From Octopus bimaculoides (Eukaryota): a stretch of 64,000 bases of DNA. The notes below the pieces were generated by a model. The model was not told the DNA's origin. It ran no database searches and saw nothing but the letters and a program-made list of their open reading frames with translations. Location: assembly GCF_001194135.2 (NCBI RefSeq), contig NC_068981.1, positions 150,657,405-150,721,404 on the forward strand. Reading direction: 5' to 3'. The translations under genes were made by a program, and so were the position numbers. Of the stretch, positions 1-12,450 are shown one piece after another. The number at the start of each line of letters is the position of its first letter. Positions within the stretch are counted from its first letter, which is position 1.

Positions 1-582
1 AAAAAGTTTCAAGATCATACTTCACCACTTTGTCCCATATCCTCTTGGGTCTACCTCTACAGTTAGAGATCAGCACGCCTTTACACAGTTGTCCTCATCC
101 ATACACATCACATGAACATACCAGCATAGTCATCTCTCTAGTACACCATATTCGATGCTCCTTATGCCTAACTTTTCTCTCAAGATGCTTACACTGTTGA
201 ACATGCATACTGACATTACACACCCAGCGAAGCATGCTGGCTTCATTTCTTTCAAGCCAATGCATGTTCTTGGCTGCCATGTAGCATATCTGTTCACACA
301 CAGGCATCACACAATCTGCCTTTCATTTTAAGAGATAGGCCCTTGTTGCTAGCAAAGGACGAGCTCTCTGAACTTTGACCAGCCTAATCTTATTCTCACA
401 GCTATTCTCTTGGGGCATCCACCTCCACAACTAACTTGGTCACCTAGATAGCAGAAGCTATCTACTAACTCTAGCTTATCCTCCTGGCAGTTGATGCATA
501 TTTTCAGTGCTTATTGTACCTGTGCATCTTCCACATACAAAAGCTAATTTCTCAGTTAAGCTTCCTCTGATATTGCTGCACT
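1..582 (-). mobile_element. RTE-clade LINE fragment (degenerate RT C-terminal region), 5'-truncated, runs off the window start
   Basis: The minus strand gives broken RTE motifs: KCSNIRGSLTEKLAFVCGRCTG, VDSFCYLGD, WLERNEASMLRWVCNVS. Colinear with the copy at 55551-56698. Confidence 0.9.
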
Positions 583-1266
583 TTTCTATTCTATGGTATA
601 CACCCCACTCCTCACTGAGTGGTAAGAACTTAGCTAAATACTTCTTTAATATACTGGACTCCAACTTCCCTCGTCAACATAAATATTACTCTATCTTTAA
701 TAGATCCACCATGAAGCTATCCTATTCCACTCCACACAACTTCGAGTTTATCATAGCAGCCTCTAATAAGCAAAAGCTTTCTCTCTACTATCAAAGCTCA
801 CACTGTAACAACTCTAAACACACGAGCGCCCAGCATGTACACAGCTACAGCATTGAACCCTATACGTTAAACCACAACCATAACCCAACCCATCCTACTA
901 ACACTACTCAGAATACTACCACAACTTCCATCACCCTTACAGATAGAATAATTAACAACAACGATTGCAATAATAGCAATAATAGTAATAATAATACTAA
1001 TAATACTAATAACTTAGACCTTTCTAACCTCTCCTCTGACAGTATTACCTTCTCCATTCCTGAAAATAATCTCCAAAATACACCCACTTGTAACTGTCGT
1101 CCTGGGTCCATCTACCCTCTACAAACCCACTGTAGAAGATTTAATGTAATTTATAAATGCACCATCCTCAATACATTACACAATTCTACAGCTATATATA
1201 NNNNNNNNNNNNNNNNNNNNNNNNNNNNNNNNNNNNNNNNNNNNNNNNNNNNNNNNNNNNNNNNNN

Positions 1267-1299
<33 letters not shown>

Positions 1300-1420
1300 A
1301 TCAACCATAAATTTTAAACAGTGATATGCAGCTCATCTTAGTTCTTTTAGATATGAGAAACAGTAAATCCACAACGCTCGCCAGTCACATACATCATCTC
1401 AAAAATAGAAATATTTCTGA
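583..1420 (+). mobile_element. Penelope-like element fragment: RT thumb/linker, Cys-rich linker and GIY-YIG endonuclease, disrupted
   Basis: LWYTPHSSLSGKNLAKYFFNILDSNFPRQHKYYSIFNRSTMKLSYS resembles the PLE motif WFNPP..TNIGK.F..LID.HFP...IFNR.T.K.SYS. Followed by CNCRPGSIYPLQTHC..NVIYKC and, after the gap, YIGSTINFKQ*YAAHLSSFR...STTLASHI..LK (GIY-YIG). Confidence 0.85.
1201..1266. other. Assembly gap (66 N) inside a (TA)n array
   Basis: Run of N flanked by TA repeats. Confidence 1.
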
Positions 1421-2190
1421 AACTTTTTTCTCTCTTTCTTCCTTTCATTTTCTATTCCTGTTTTAAATTTGACCTATCTCTTCTTTCTCATCATACACAT
1501 CTCTCCTCCTCACATATATCCACAAATACTACCAAAACATTGAAAGTTTCGATGCCAAAGAGTAATTTGGGATGAAGAAATAAAATTCAATTACAATATT
1601 AATAATTAAAGAGGCTTACTAAGTCTATTATATTGTTAAATTAATGCACACATAACAGTGCCATACAGTACAAAAAGTACAATACAATAGGGTATGTAAT
1701 GTACAGCAGATCTCTATGTGATATCAATGCAGGAAATCAGGTCATATTAATTTAGGACATGATGAAATGCATCACAAATTAGTTTCTCATAACTACAACT
1801 TGTTTTTAATTATATTTAGTAATTAAAATTCCACTTAACCATAACATAAGACTAATGACAGACAGATTCTGGGTATAATTTTCTTTTAAAAGACAAGATT
1901 AATAATTAGGCATAGATGGATGGTTAAGAAGTATGCTTCACAACCATGTAGTTTAGAGTGCAGTTCCAATGTGTGGAAAGTTAGCAAGTCCATTAATAGA
2001 TTCAGTATATAGCCCAGGACAACAATGAAGGTAAATGAGTATCTCCTTGCAACATGCCTGATAGGCTGTTAAACTATTTGCTGTTGTCACCTGTGGTCAC
2101 CATCTTGTTTCTTGTGCCTCAATACAGGGTTTCTTTGACCCAGAGTAAGTTGAGAGGTACAACTGTACACCACAAGTATTTTCATCATCA

Positions 2191-3095
2191 TGTAAGTACC
2201 TTGAGAGAAAAGTTGGACCTAAGAAGCATCAGATGTGGTGTGCAAGAGAGATGACTGCGCTGGTATGGTCATGTGGTGAGAATGGATGAGGATAGCTGTG
2301 TGAAAAAGTGCCACACCCTAGTGGCTGAGGGAACCTGTGGAAGAGGTAGACCCAGGAAGACCTGGGATGAGGTGATGAAGCACGACCTTCAAATATTAGG
2401 CCTCACCGAGGCAATGACTAGTGACCGAGACCTTTGGAAATATGCTGTGCTTGAGAAGACACGGCAAGCCAAATGAGACCATAACCCATGGCCTATGCCA
2501 GGGGTGTAAACAGCCTACTTATGTGTACCTTTCTTTCATTGGACACTAAACTCTGCTTGCGAAGACGTGTTGAGGCAAGTGAAATTGAAATTAAAATCAA
2601 ATTCGATGACAGCACCACACGACTGGCATCTGTGCGAGTGGAGCACTAAGAGCACCATCCGAGCGTGATCGTTGCCAGAGCAGCTGACTGGCTTCAACAC
2701 CGGTGGCACGTAAAAAGCACCATTTGAACATGATCATTACCAGCGTCGCCTTACTGGCACTTGTGCCAGTGACATGTGAAAAATATTTGAGCGAGGTCGT
2801 TGCCAGTGCCGCTGGACTGGCTCTTGTGCAGATGGCACATAAAAAATACCATTTGAGTGTGGCCGTTGCCAGTACCGCCTGACTGGCCCTTGTGCCAGTG
2901 GCATGTAAAAACACCCACTACACTCTCAGAGTGGTTGGCATTAGGAAGGGCATCCAGCTGTAGAAACTCTGCCAGATCAGATTGGAGCCTGGTGCAGCCG
3001 TCTGGTTCGCCAGTCCTCAGTCAAATCATCCAACCCATGCCAGCATGGAAAGCGGACATTAAACAATGATGATGATGATGATGATGATGATGATG
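2191..3095 (+). mobile_element. RTE LINE 3' fragment: ORF2 C-terminus, 3'UTR with four ~65-bp repeats, (GAT)n tail
   Basis: LREKLDLRSIRCGVQER*LRWYGHVVRMDEDSCVKK...GRGRPRKTWDEV..DL..LGLTEAMTSDRDLWK. The in-frame TGA at 2252-2254 looks like CGA>TGA decay. Ends ...GGAAAGCGGACATTAAACAAT(GAT)n. Confidence 0.92.
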
Positions 3096-3181
3096 TCTCT
3101 GTGCACTGAATAAGAAAGAAGTGTTTTTGAAATGGATAAAACAGCACCACTGTCAGGTTACTATTTTTCATCTCAATGATC

Positions 3182-3385
3182 TTAACTCTTTAGCATTCTG
3201 ATTACTCTGTTCAATGTAATATTCATTTATTCAGACTACCTTATAGATGTGAGATTTTGATGTGATGGTATATTTTTACAATGACATTGTAAACTAGGTG
3301 TGAGAAACTGGATTGAGCCAGTATGAACATAAAATAGGTAAAATATAAGAGTCAGATAAGGCCAGTTTAAATGCTAATGGGTTAA
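3182..3385. mobile_element. TTAA-flanked MITE (piggyBac-like ends); further copies at 10654-10852 and, truncated, 38811-38983
   Basis: TIRs TTAACTCTTTAGCATT / AATGCTAATGGGTTAA with TTAA at both ends. The three copies share the internal sequence. Confidence 0.8.
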
Positions 3386-3956
3386 GGTCAATATCTAAGA
3401 TACAATGCTCCTTATTGCACAAAAGCTGTTTTGATTTTTCTCCAAGTTCGGGTTGATTGCATCCCACTGATTCAGTATTATACAGCTGTACATCTTTATT
3501 TACAATGATACATCTCTGACTTATGCCACAGTTTTGGCACACTGCCAGATTTAGGCATTGGGAAGATGCTAGAGAGGGATTACAAGTCAACTTTGTTGTT
3601 TTACATCTGTACAATGTCTAGCATTATGTCATCAAATTCACAACACAGGCCTCTCTCTCATTTTATATATGTACACACACATTTGGCTCCAGCACAGTTT
3701 CCAAATGTTATTTATAAAGCATTAATCAACCAATTGTAATGGTAGAAAACTTGCTCAAGGTATTTCAAAGGGATTGAGTTCAGAAGCATGTGTAAAATTA
3801 GCTGCATAAGCCATGCCAGCAACTTTATAAATAAAAATTAGAACACCCCAGCTTGTAAATATTCTATAACAATGCTTTTCCAATATACATAGATTATAAA
3901 CCAATGGTTGTTCAGTAAAGCATTATGTATATAATGCTATACATATACAAGAAAAT

Positions 3957-3997
<41 letters not shown>

Positions 3998-6259
3998 ACA
4001 CATACAGAGAGAGAGAAACATGGGCCTCCATCCAGTCAGATTCTGTCAAAGTGTCCAATTCATACCAGCATAGAAAATGGGGACAAATTGATAATGATGA
4101 TGATACATTATGACGGAAGATAACTGAATACCAACTATGATCATCACTTGTTAATGAGCTTCAAAGTGAAGATAACATTTTAGCCCAGCCAATAATCTGC
4201 AGCTTTTGCCATAGCTATAGTATAAACGACTAGTCTCACTTTAATGCAATGCAGAATCATGACATTTGGCATTATACAAGTAATGTTCAATATATTATAT
4301 ATATATATATAGTTTGATTGTTCAAGAGTTCAGTATATAATTTATTTTGTATAGCAATGAATTCAGATACGATCCAGTACATATACTATATTTACAAGAA
4401 AGGTCAAAATTGAGAGTGTGAAAATAATATAAAATAATTTAAGACATATTACTGATTTTAGATACTAAAAGTAGGGATTACATTATATTTGGAATTACAT
4501 TGTACTTGAATAAATATGTCATGTCTAGATTTAGTATGAGAGTTATCTAAATGTATGACAGATTTGTTCTAAGAATATCTAGGAATACCACCACTCAGCG
4601 AGTGGGTGGGTGGATAGATTGATGTATGGATGGATGGGTGGATGGATGGATGGATGGATAGTATGTATGCTTAAGAGTAGGTGTTGTTCTTGCTGTTGTT
4701 TAGCTCCATGTTGTCTCTGATTGAGGCAACCGAAGATTAAAGACATTGGACAATGTGATCCTATACACCATGTCTTTGGAAAAGATGAGACTGTCAAAAC
4801 TATGTACAGCTGTGAAAGTATTCAGGCTGTTGTTTAACTTCAGGTCAGTATTGATCAAGACCATCTTGTCTTTTTGTATATCTACAATTACACAGTTGTA
4901 TGTATCCTTCCAGGTTTTTAAACTTGTCAAGAGTAATTTGGTTACTCTTTCTAGCCTGTCAAATGACTGCATAGAAGCTCCCTCATTAGCTTTTCCTTAA
5001 AAGTGCAAGTATGCATGGGTGTACAAATGCTACTGCACTATTTAGATGTTTCTTACTATGTATGTTTATGAAATGTATGCATGGACATGATTACATAGAA
5101 TGATTATTATCCATTTATTATATAATTGTGTAGGAGGATATAATTGTGTATATATGTGAGCTTGTGTTTATGAGTACAAAGGTATATGTAAGACTGTGTA
5201 TGAGCATGTACATATACTTGTACATATTTGTGAGAGCATACATTCATGTGTTGTATATTAGTATATGTGTCAGAAGAGGCAGCTATTGTGTGGGTGTGAA
5301 TACAAGCAATCTCCTTGTCAGACACTTTAACATTACAAGCAACAAAACCACAACTTGAAGAAAATGTCAACATAGTTCTAGAGTCTAAACAGTCCAAATA
5401 AATGCTATTTCTAGCATGGTTCTTAATTTGATCCAAAAATCAATAGCTAAATATTTCTCAACATCAGTATGATATTTAGTTGTTTAGTTGATTTAACGAT
5501 CTTGGCTAAAACACTGGATTTGCCCACACAGGAAAAAATATTGATTGCAAGCACAGACACAAGGATTCAAATTTTGGGAGGAAAGCACAATCGATTAAGA
5601 TCAGCCCCATTTCCACAGAAGAGTTTTGTTTTATCAACCCAAGATGATGAAAGACAAAGTTAACCTTTACACAGTTCAGACTCACCATATAAAGGGCTGT
5701 AACTTTTACACAAAACATTTTGTTTGATGTTCAACCAATATTTGTCAATCTCAGAAATAATATTGATTTCTTACATTAGCACAAGCCCATAAATGTGATA
5801 GATGGGGGTGGCTATAGTTGACTGAATGAATCCTGCTATTTGACTGATATTTATTTTATCAAACTCTGATGGGTGAAATGTGAAGTTAGCTTGGGCCAGA
5901 TTCAAACTGCTAGCATAGTAAATATTGCCAAACATTTGGTCTTGTATGCTACCATTTCTGTAAAGCCACTTGTCAAGCCATACATTTCACTGATGTTAGA
6001 TTCCAGTTGCAGGAGGCAGAGACTAAGAACTGCGAAAAGACTAATTTGGCACATCGCATGGAATAGGGAAATAAGTTAAGTTTGATAAGAGACAAATTAT
6101 AAGAGCATGGAAGTACACCTGTCATGTGTGTGTGTGTATGTGCGTGTTTGTGTGTACAAATAGATATACGACTGCTACTGTTAAGTTCAGAGCAATATGA
6201 AGATTATCAGAGTATTGTCTACTTCGAGTATAGAATCTACTATTTCTAACATATCATAA

Positions 6260-6599
6260 TCATCATCATCATCATTTAGCAACTGTTTTCCATGCTAGCA
6301 GCGGGTAAGACAGAGAGCTGCACCAGGATCCAGTCTGTTTTGGCTTGGTTTCTATGGCTGGATGTCCTTCCTAATGCCAACTACTCCACAGAATGTACCG
6401 GGTTGTCTTCTACATGTCACTAGCATGAGTGCCTTTTACATGTCACAGGCACTGACCATGAACACGATTTCACTTAGTTTGGTGTGTCTACTCAAGCACA
6501 ACGAATCACCAGAAGTCTCAGCCACTTGTCATCATGTCCATGAGACTCAACATCTAAAGATCACATTTTGCCACTTCATCCCGTGTCTTCCTGGGTCTA
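6260..6599 (-). mobile_element. RTE 3' end (end of ORF2, UTR and (GAT)n tail)
   Basis: Reverse complement matches the RTE end at 2340-3095 (PRKTRDEV..., GGAAGGACATCCAGCC..., GCATGGAAAAC...GATGATG). Confidence 0.75.
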
Positions 6600-7111
6600 T
6601 CAAGCTACAGTAATTAAAATATATAACCAGGGATACTTTACAGCTCCTTTAAACAGCAATGATTTAGCATTAATTTATAAGCAAAAGGCACAAAATATCT
6701 GGAGTCAATCAATAAGGGCTGGGATCAAAGTCCATTATACAATTCTCTAACTGAGTTATTGGTAATTGTCAGCAAAGCCACAGCTAGTCAAGTAGTTCCT
6801 ATCCTGCACACTATCATTCACACTGTACTGTGTACATGGCCAAGACAGTTGACCCTCACTAACTGAGTCCAACAAACTGTAAGCAGACATGATGAAGATG
6901 TAAAACCAATCATGGGAAGCAATCAGAATGACATTAACTTTGTAACACTGCAATACAATCCTACAGTACAGTACATACAGTACACTAGTGGATGGGTTAA
7001 AGATATCACTCAGCCTTTTAAGACTCAAAGACAATATAAGGTCGAACTTCAGTCAATCATGACACATCTCAATAATGATGTTGGTTCAAAAATAAATAAT
7101 AATGATTTATA

Positions 7112-7153
<42 letters not shown>

Positions 7154-7174
7154 CATACAGACACATACATACAC

Positions 7175-7288
7175 ACATCATCATCAACATTTAACATCCG
7201 CTTTCTATGCTGGTTTGGGTTGGACAGCTGTTGTGGCATGGTTTCTATGTTTGGATGCCCTTCCTAACACCAACCACTTTACAGTGCG

Positions 7289-7328
<40 letters not shown>

Positions 7329-7530
7329 ATCATCATTTTCATTTGGTGTCTGTTTTCCCTACTGACAAGGGTTAGATGGTTAAAAAGGAGCTGGTAAACC
7401 AGAGAACTGCACCAAGCTCTGTCTACTTTGGGAAGGTTTCTATGGTTGGGTGCCCTTCCTAATGGCAACCACTTTACAATATGTATTGGGTGTTTTTTTT
7501 ACATGATACCAGCACCTGTGGGGTCACCAA
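7175..7530 (-). mobile_element. Two short RTE-type 3' tails in tandem, separated by (CA)n
   Basis: Two CATCAT...TTAACATCCGCTTTC / GGATGCCCTTCCTAA.CCAACCACT blocks. Confidence 0.7.
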
Positions 7531-8358
7531 GTAAGTTATAAGACAAAGACCACTCTTTGTAAACATACACACATCATTATTATTCTAGTTGTTTTGTGCA
7601 GTAATTAAATAATCAGATTATTCAGTGTTTCAGAAAGTCCATCTGCTGTTGGCCAACATGCTACTCTAATTTCACCAAGCTCCGGTTCTGCACACAAAAC
7701 CCAAAGGAATTTATCTGACACATCAAGTGATATATGTAGCTTCTCACCACACAGTGGAATAACTATTCTTGTTTGCTAATAAACTTGCACAAAACATTGA
7801 TATACAGATTATCAACCAGGAAATTTTCAATCAATGAGAGAACATAGTTGCACAGATGTGTTGGAAAGGCACTGGATATTTAGGATTAAAAGTTCAAATT
7901 TCCATCTCTTGATAATACATTGGGAGATAATACCAGCTTCAAAGTAAGCTACATAGTTACTACAAAGTAATTTATAAATTTTGTTGGGATACAATGCAAA
8001 TCTCTTCCATGCATTTATCCATTGCCCAGTAATCACCTGCCTATGAGCTAACATTGAACAATCCCCGTGCCTTCTTGTAGATAAGCATATCCAATAAGAC
8101 CAGTAGTCAAGTCACAGGTGATTCCAGGTGCATTTAGGAAGCTTAATTCGTCGTAGAGACTGGGTGACATAGTTGTAGTAAAAGTAGTGGTTACAAAATG
8201 TAGAAGAGGTCAGGTTGTTGACCTAATTCATTACAAGGATTATAACACACAGATTACATTTGCAATCATGGCAAAAACGTTTTAATAACTATGTAGGAAA
8301 AGGAAGGTGGGATGGATAAAGGGGAGAGGTTAAGCTTCAATAAAACTTGCTTCAACTT

Positions 8359-8392
<34 letters not shown>

Positions 8393-8881
8393 CTTTGGAG
8401 AATTTTATGAAATGTGACATTGTCAAGTATGGGGTGGGTGAATAATTTGACTTCCAATCTACAATATATGTAGTGTAAATTGAATGGGTGGGGAGTGAGC
8501 TTATGTTTTGATCTGTCTTAAAGTTTGTCAAGGTTCCAGAGTTCTCAGACCTTTTTCAATGCCTGCATGTTTTTGTTTATTTTTCTTTTTTTATATATAT
8601 TCTATTAAGTTGCACACCCTTATACATAATTTATATTTTATAAATTTAAATTTTAAATATTCACTATCAGCAATTAATTTTGTATTTGTTTGTTCATTTG
8701 GAATTGTGAGAACAAAGATTATTATTATTATTATTATTATCGTTGTTGTTGTTATTATTATTATAATTTATTAAGGTTTGCTCTACAGTCAGGTTAGTTT
8801 TGTTTCAAATTTTCAACTGATAAGTGTCAAAAATAGAATATCTTAAAGTAGATTAAAGTGATTTTTTAAAGATTTTGTTCC

Positions 8882-8920
<39 letters not shown>

Positions 8921-9044
8921 CATTATTATTATTATTATTATTATTGTTGTTATAATTTTTATTTCCTAAAATTTCTTCTGCTAAAAAAAAAAAAGAAGAA
9001 GCTGTTGGGTGAATAGAGAAACTCAGTTTCCGATAACAAAGTAC

Positions 9045-9225
9045 CTGAATGACACTCGTCAACTGTCCCAGTTTCATTTTGAGCAATGCAATTTCATCCA
9101 TAACTTGTGAGAATGTATCAGCATCAATGAGCACTACCTCTTTGCCATCAACAACAAATGATGTCACCTCAGAGTTAGCAGGCAGACACAGAAGTGATCC
9201 AGCTGTGCTTGAACTGTCACCTTCC
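9045..9225 (-). CDS. Second coding exon of the unnamed minus-strand gene: (R)EGDSSSTAGSLLCLPANSEVTSFVVDGKEVVLIDADTFSQVMDEIALLKMKLGQLTSVIQ
   Basis: Acceptor TTTCTGTTTACAG|G at 9226/9225 and donor CAG|GTACTT at 9045/9044. Length 181 nt = 1+60 codons. The first G completes AG+G=Arg from the phase-2 donor at 22920. Protein-like composition amid low-complexity flanks. Confidence 0.85.
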
Positions 9226-10043
9226 CTGTAAACAGAAATGCAACAATTGTTAGAGTTAACAGCCAATAATACAAGACAATAAAAGACAATTTTACATCTA
9301 AAATCCAAAGTAACATATCATTTCCATATTGATTTCAACTATTATCACGTCTCTTTTATGCTTTTAATTTCTATATGAATCATAAGCCAACAATGCAGTC
9401 TCCTAACTTACTAGATGAAGCAACCAAATTTCCCTCAAAGCACACAAAAAGGCTGACTGGCCATAGCTGATGTCTTTAACCACAAGTAGACTGATTTGAT
9501 CAGACATGACATGAGGATAAACAACAACTACAGCAGCCAATGTTTGGAGTTAAAAAGAGAAGTTTTTATGACCTAATTTGTCTAGTTCTAAGTTAATATT
9601 ATTCGAGGGGCACAACTCATCATAGTAAGCCATATAACTGACATACATGTCACATTCACTTTTAATGTATTCATATATATGTGGTAGAATCAAACTGATT
9701 TTTTTTTTTTGAGAGAGAGAGAGAGAGAGAGACCATTCAGCAGTTTAACCCTTTAAATAACAACCCACCTGAGAACACCCCTGGTTCTATGATACAAGAT
9801 TCTTTTAAAGTGATCCAAGTACAAAACTTCCATCAAAATTTCATGTTGATACATATTCCATGTACTAGTGTGATGACAGTTATTTTACTAAATTTTTCAT
9901 TATTTCCAGTGTTAATTAAAACAAAGACAGTGCACTGCCTTGGTAATATGGTACCAAGTAATAAAGATGTTACTGCTGCAAGAATGACGTGAACTTCAGC
10001 GCACTTTGTCTGTTAGACCAGACACCTCTGTATGAGTTAAACA

Positions 10044-10620
10044 TACGAGGGGAAGTCAAAAATTATCCGCACTTTCACTATAATATATCTTTACTACTGT
10101 CACACTGCCTTCTGTGCATGCATGATTATAGTTGGTACTATTGTGGTGACGTGATCAAAGTTTGAGCCTGATCACGCCATTTTTCTTTCAGGCTTTACAG
10201 AGTAAGCATGGCCGCTCCAATAGCAATGTGCACCAGAGAAGAACAAAGAGCAGTAATGGTGAACCGGTTCGCTATTACTATCTCTCAAGCTTGCTGAATC
10301 TTCTGGCGTCCTGCTCCATCTTCTTGCATCATGCTTGTCCAGCCACTCTTAAACTTCTCGATCCACTCATACACACTATTATGTGATAGAGCGCTGTCCC
10401 AGTATTGTGCCAAAAGCCTCCGATTAATTTTTAGCACTTGACACACCTTTCGATCAAAGAAATCGGATCACTACTCTTTGTTCTTTGGTGCACATTACAA
10501 TGTAAGCATGGCTGCTTCACTAGCAAAGCCAGAAAGAAAAATGGCACAATCAGTTTCAAACTTCGATCATGTGATCACAATAGTACCAACTATAAGCATG
10601 CATACACAGAACACCTCATA
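10044..10620. mobile_element. Mariner-derived palindromic element made of two transposon 5' ends facing each other
   Basis: Left end TACGAGGGGAAGTCAAAAATT then MAAPIAMCTREEQRAV (+). Right arm (-) gives CTKEQRVVIRFL*SKGVSSAK/INRRLLAQYWDSALSHNSVYEWIEKFKSGWTS (mariner HTH). Ends in CACCTCATA; TA at both ends. Confidence 0.85.
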
Positions 10621-10958
10621 TGGTATTGACAAAAGTTTTTTAAATTAGGATTATTAACCTTTTAGCATTCACATTATTTTGTCATAGGCAATGCTTATTG
10701 ATTGACATTCTTTTGAATTAACGATTCATTATTTTGCGGCTTTGAGATTTTGATGAGTTAACTCAATGTTTAGAACAATATTGACCAGTTTCAACATAGA
10801 ACAAGTAGAATATTTTGGTTGGATATGGCCAGTTTAAATGCTAAAGGATTAAGAGTAATACACTAAAACCACTTGTCAATTCTCTACAAGAATGGTAAGG
10901 AATACATAATGCCTTATTCAACACACACAACAGTAATATTGTCAGTAACAGTGGTACA

Positions 10959-11256
10959 TTAACTTGTTAACTGCCATGGCCTGTTACTGGAACTTATCAG
11001 TGATGCCACATATTTCATGCGATTATACTACATACTGTTTAATTACAATGAAATATAATTATTTTGTATTTTCATAATATTTCATAATTAAACTCTAATA
11101 TTTAGCACTCATACTATTTAAATATCATTGAAGCCAAGTCAATACAAAATAAAATATTTTCTAAAATTATGAAAATGTACCACTGGTGGTGCATATGGTG
11201 GTTGTGTGAAGCTTGTGATGAACTAACAGTGGTACATGTGGCAGTTAACATGTTAT
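10959..11256. mobile_element. Second TTAA-type MITE
   Basis: TTAACTTGTTAACTGCCA ... TGGCAGTTAACATGTTAT terminal inverted repeats. Confidence 0.6.
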
Positions 11257-11984
11257 GTAATAATACTTTTACTGATAGTCCTATGCCTTATCTAATCAGG
11301 GACTCTAGAGCTTTTCAGTAACTGTAGCAGGATGAAAAGAGATTAAGCATCCCACTTGTCTTCAAATATGTGCACTGATTGTGAGCAAACATCACCGTTT
11401 ATACAAATAGTGTCATTTATTTCTATTCCTTAGACTAAGAAAAATATTACCTTGCTTGAAAATATGTGAGGATTGGTGAAACGGAAAAACATCTGACTGT
11501 AGCAAAATAGGACTCAGCAACAGTTTTCTTGGACACATACAAGTCAGAAAAAGTTTATGATGATGATGGTGAAGAGAAGTGATGATGATAATGATGATTA
11601 TGATGATGATGATGCATAAATAAGAATTCAATGCATCTATGATAAACTTGTAAGCGGTACTTCAACAAAAACAAAATTCATAATTTCTCCCCTTTTTCAA
11701 ATCCCAACACAAGACTACTTAAGTTCCAGTCTTGAGCTTAAAACTTGCACTTTAGATAGATAACACAACAACATCTAGGCACAAATAGGGTATAACTACA
11801 TAATATGAGTTAATATGAAATACACCAAAGTTATAAACATTTAAATCATCAAATCTAACAATCACTATGCACTGCATCATGCCAGAACACACAACACACT
11901 TCCAAACACTATGTGAGCCAACATACACACAGATATACATGCATATATTTATGCATAAAAACATACATACATACATATATACAT

Positions 11985-12102
11985 CATCATCATCATCATC
12001 ATTTAACGTCCGCTTTCCATGCTGACATAGGTTGGACAGTTTGACTGAGGACTGGCAAGCCAGGAGGCTGCACCAGGCTCCAATCTGATCTGGCAAGGTT
12101 TC
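11985..12102 (-). mobile_element. RTE 3' tail
   Basis: Near-exact reverse complement of 2965-3095. Confidence 0.85.
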
Positions 12103-12367
12103 ACATATATCATATATACATACATGTAGGTTCACACATTTCTACTTATATAAATATGCATACTGATATACATACATGAACGTGCACACACACATACACA
12201 CACACACACACATAGATAATTTGGACAAATACGTATAATTCGATTAGTGTATTTAAATGTTGAGTAGAGCACCAGCACAGTTTAGGCTACCTATTGTCAT
12301 CTGCAATTGTGGTACACTTCCGTTGGATCTAGTTCAGGAACTACGCAGTAGCAGTTAGGGTAATAGC

Positions 12368-12450
12368 ATTAATTAATAGTAAGAGATGGATTTCATATTA
12401 GACTTTTATCAAAAGTCTAATACGAAATCCATCGCCTACCATTAATTAAT
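12368..12450. repeat. 83-nt near-perfect inverted repeat (40-bp stem, 3-nt loop)
   Basis: Core GATGGATTTCATATTAGACTTTT-ATC-AAAAGTCTAATACGAAATCCATC (22/23 pairs), extended by 14/17 further pairs. Confidence 0.9.

Noticed and set aside
507-1298. 263-aa ORF as a host gene
   Set aside because: Chimera of antisense RTE and Penelope sequence, crossing an N gap.
2651-2910. CRISPR-like array (also considered for 49062-49204 and 55839-55995)
   Set aside because: Units are contiguous with no unique spacers, there are no cas genes, and the context is eukaryotic TE.
8853-9308. 151-aa ORF as a complete gene
   Set aside because: Only 9045-9225 is bounded by splice sites; the rest is intronic poly-A/(AAT)n read-through.
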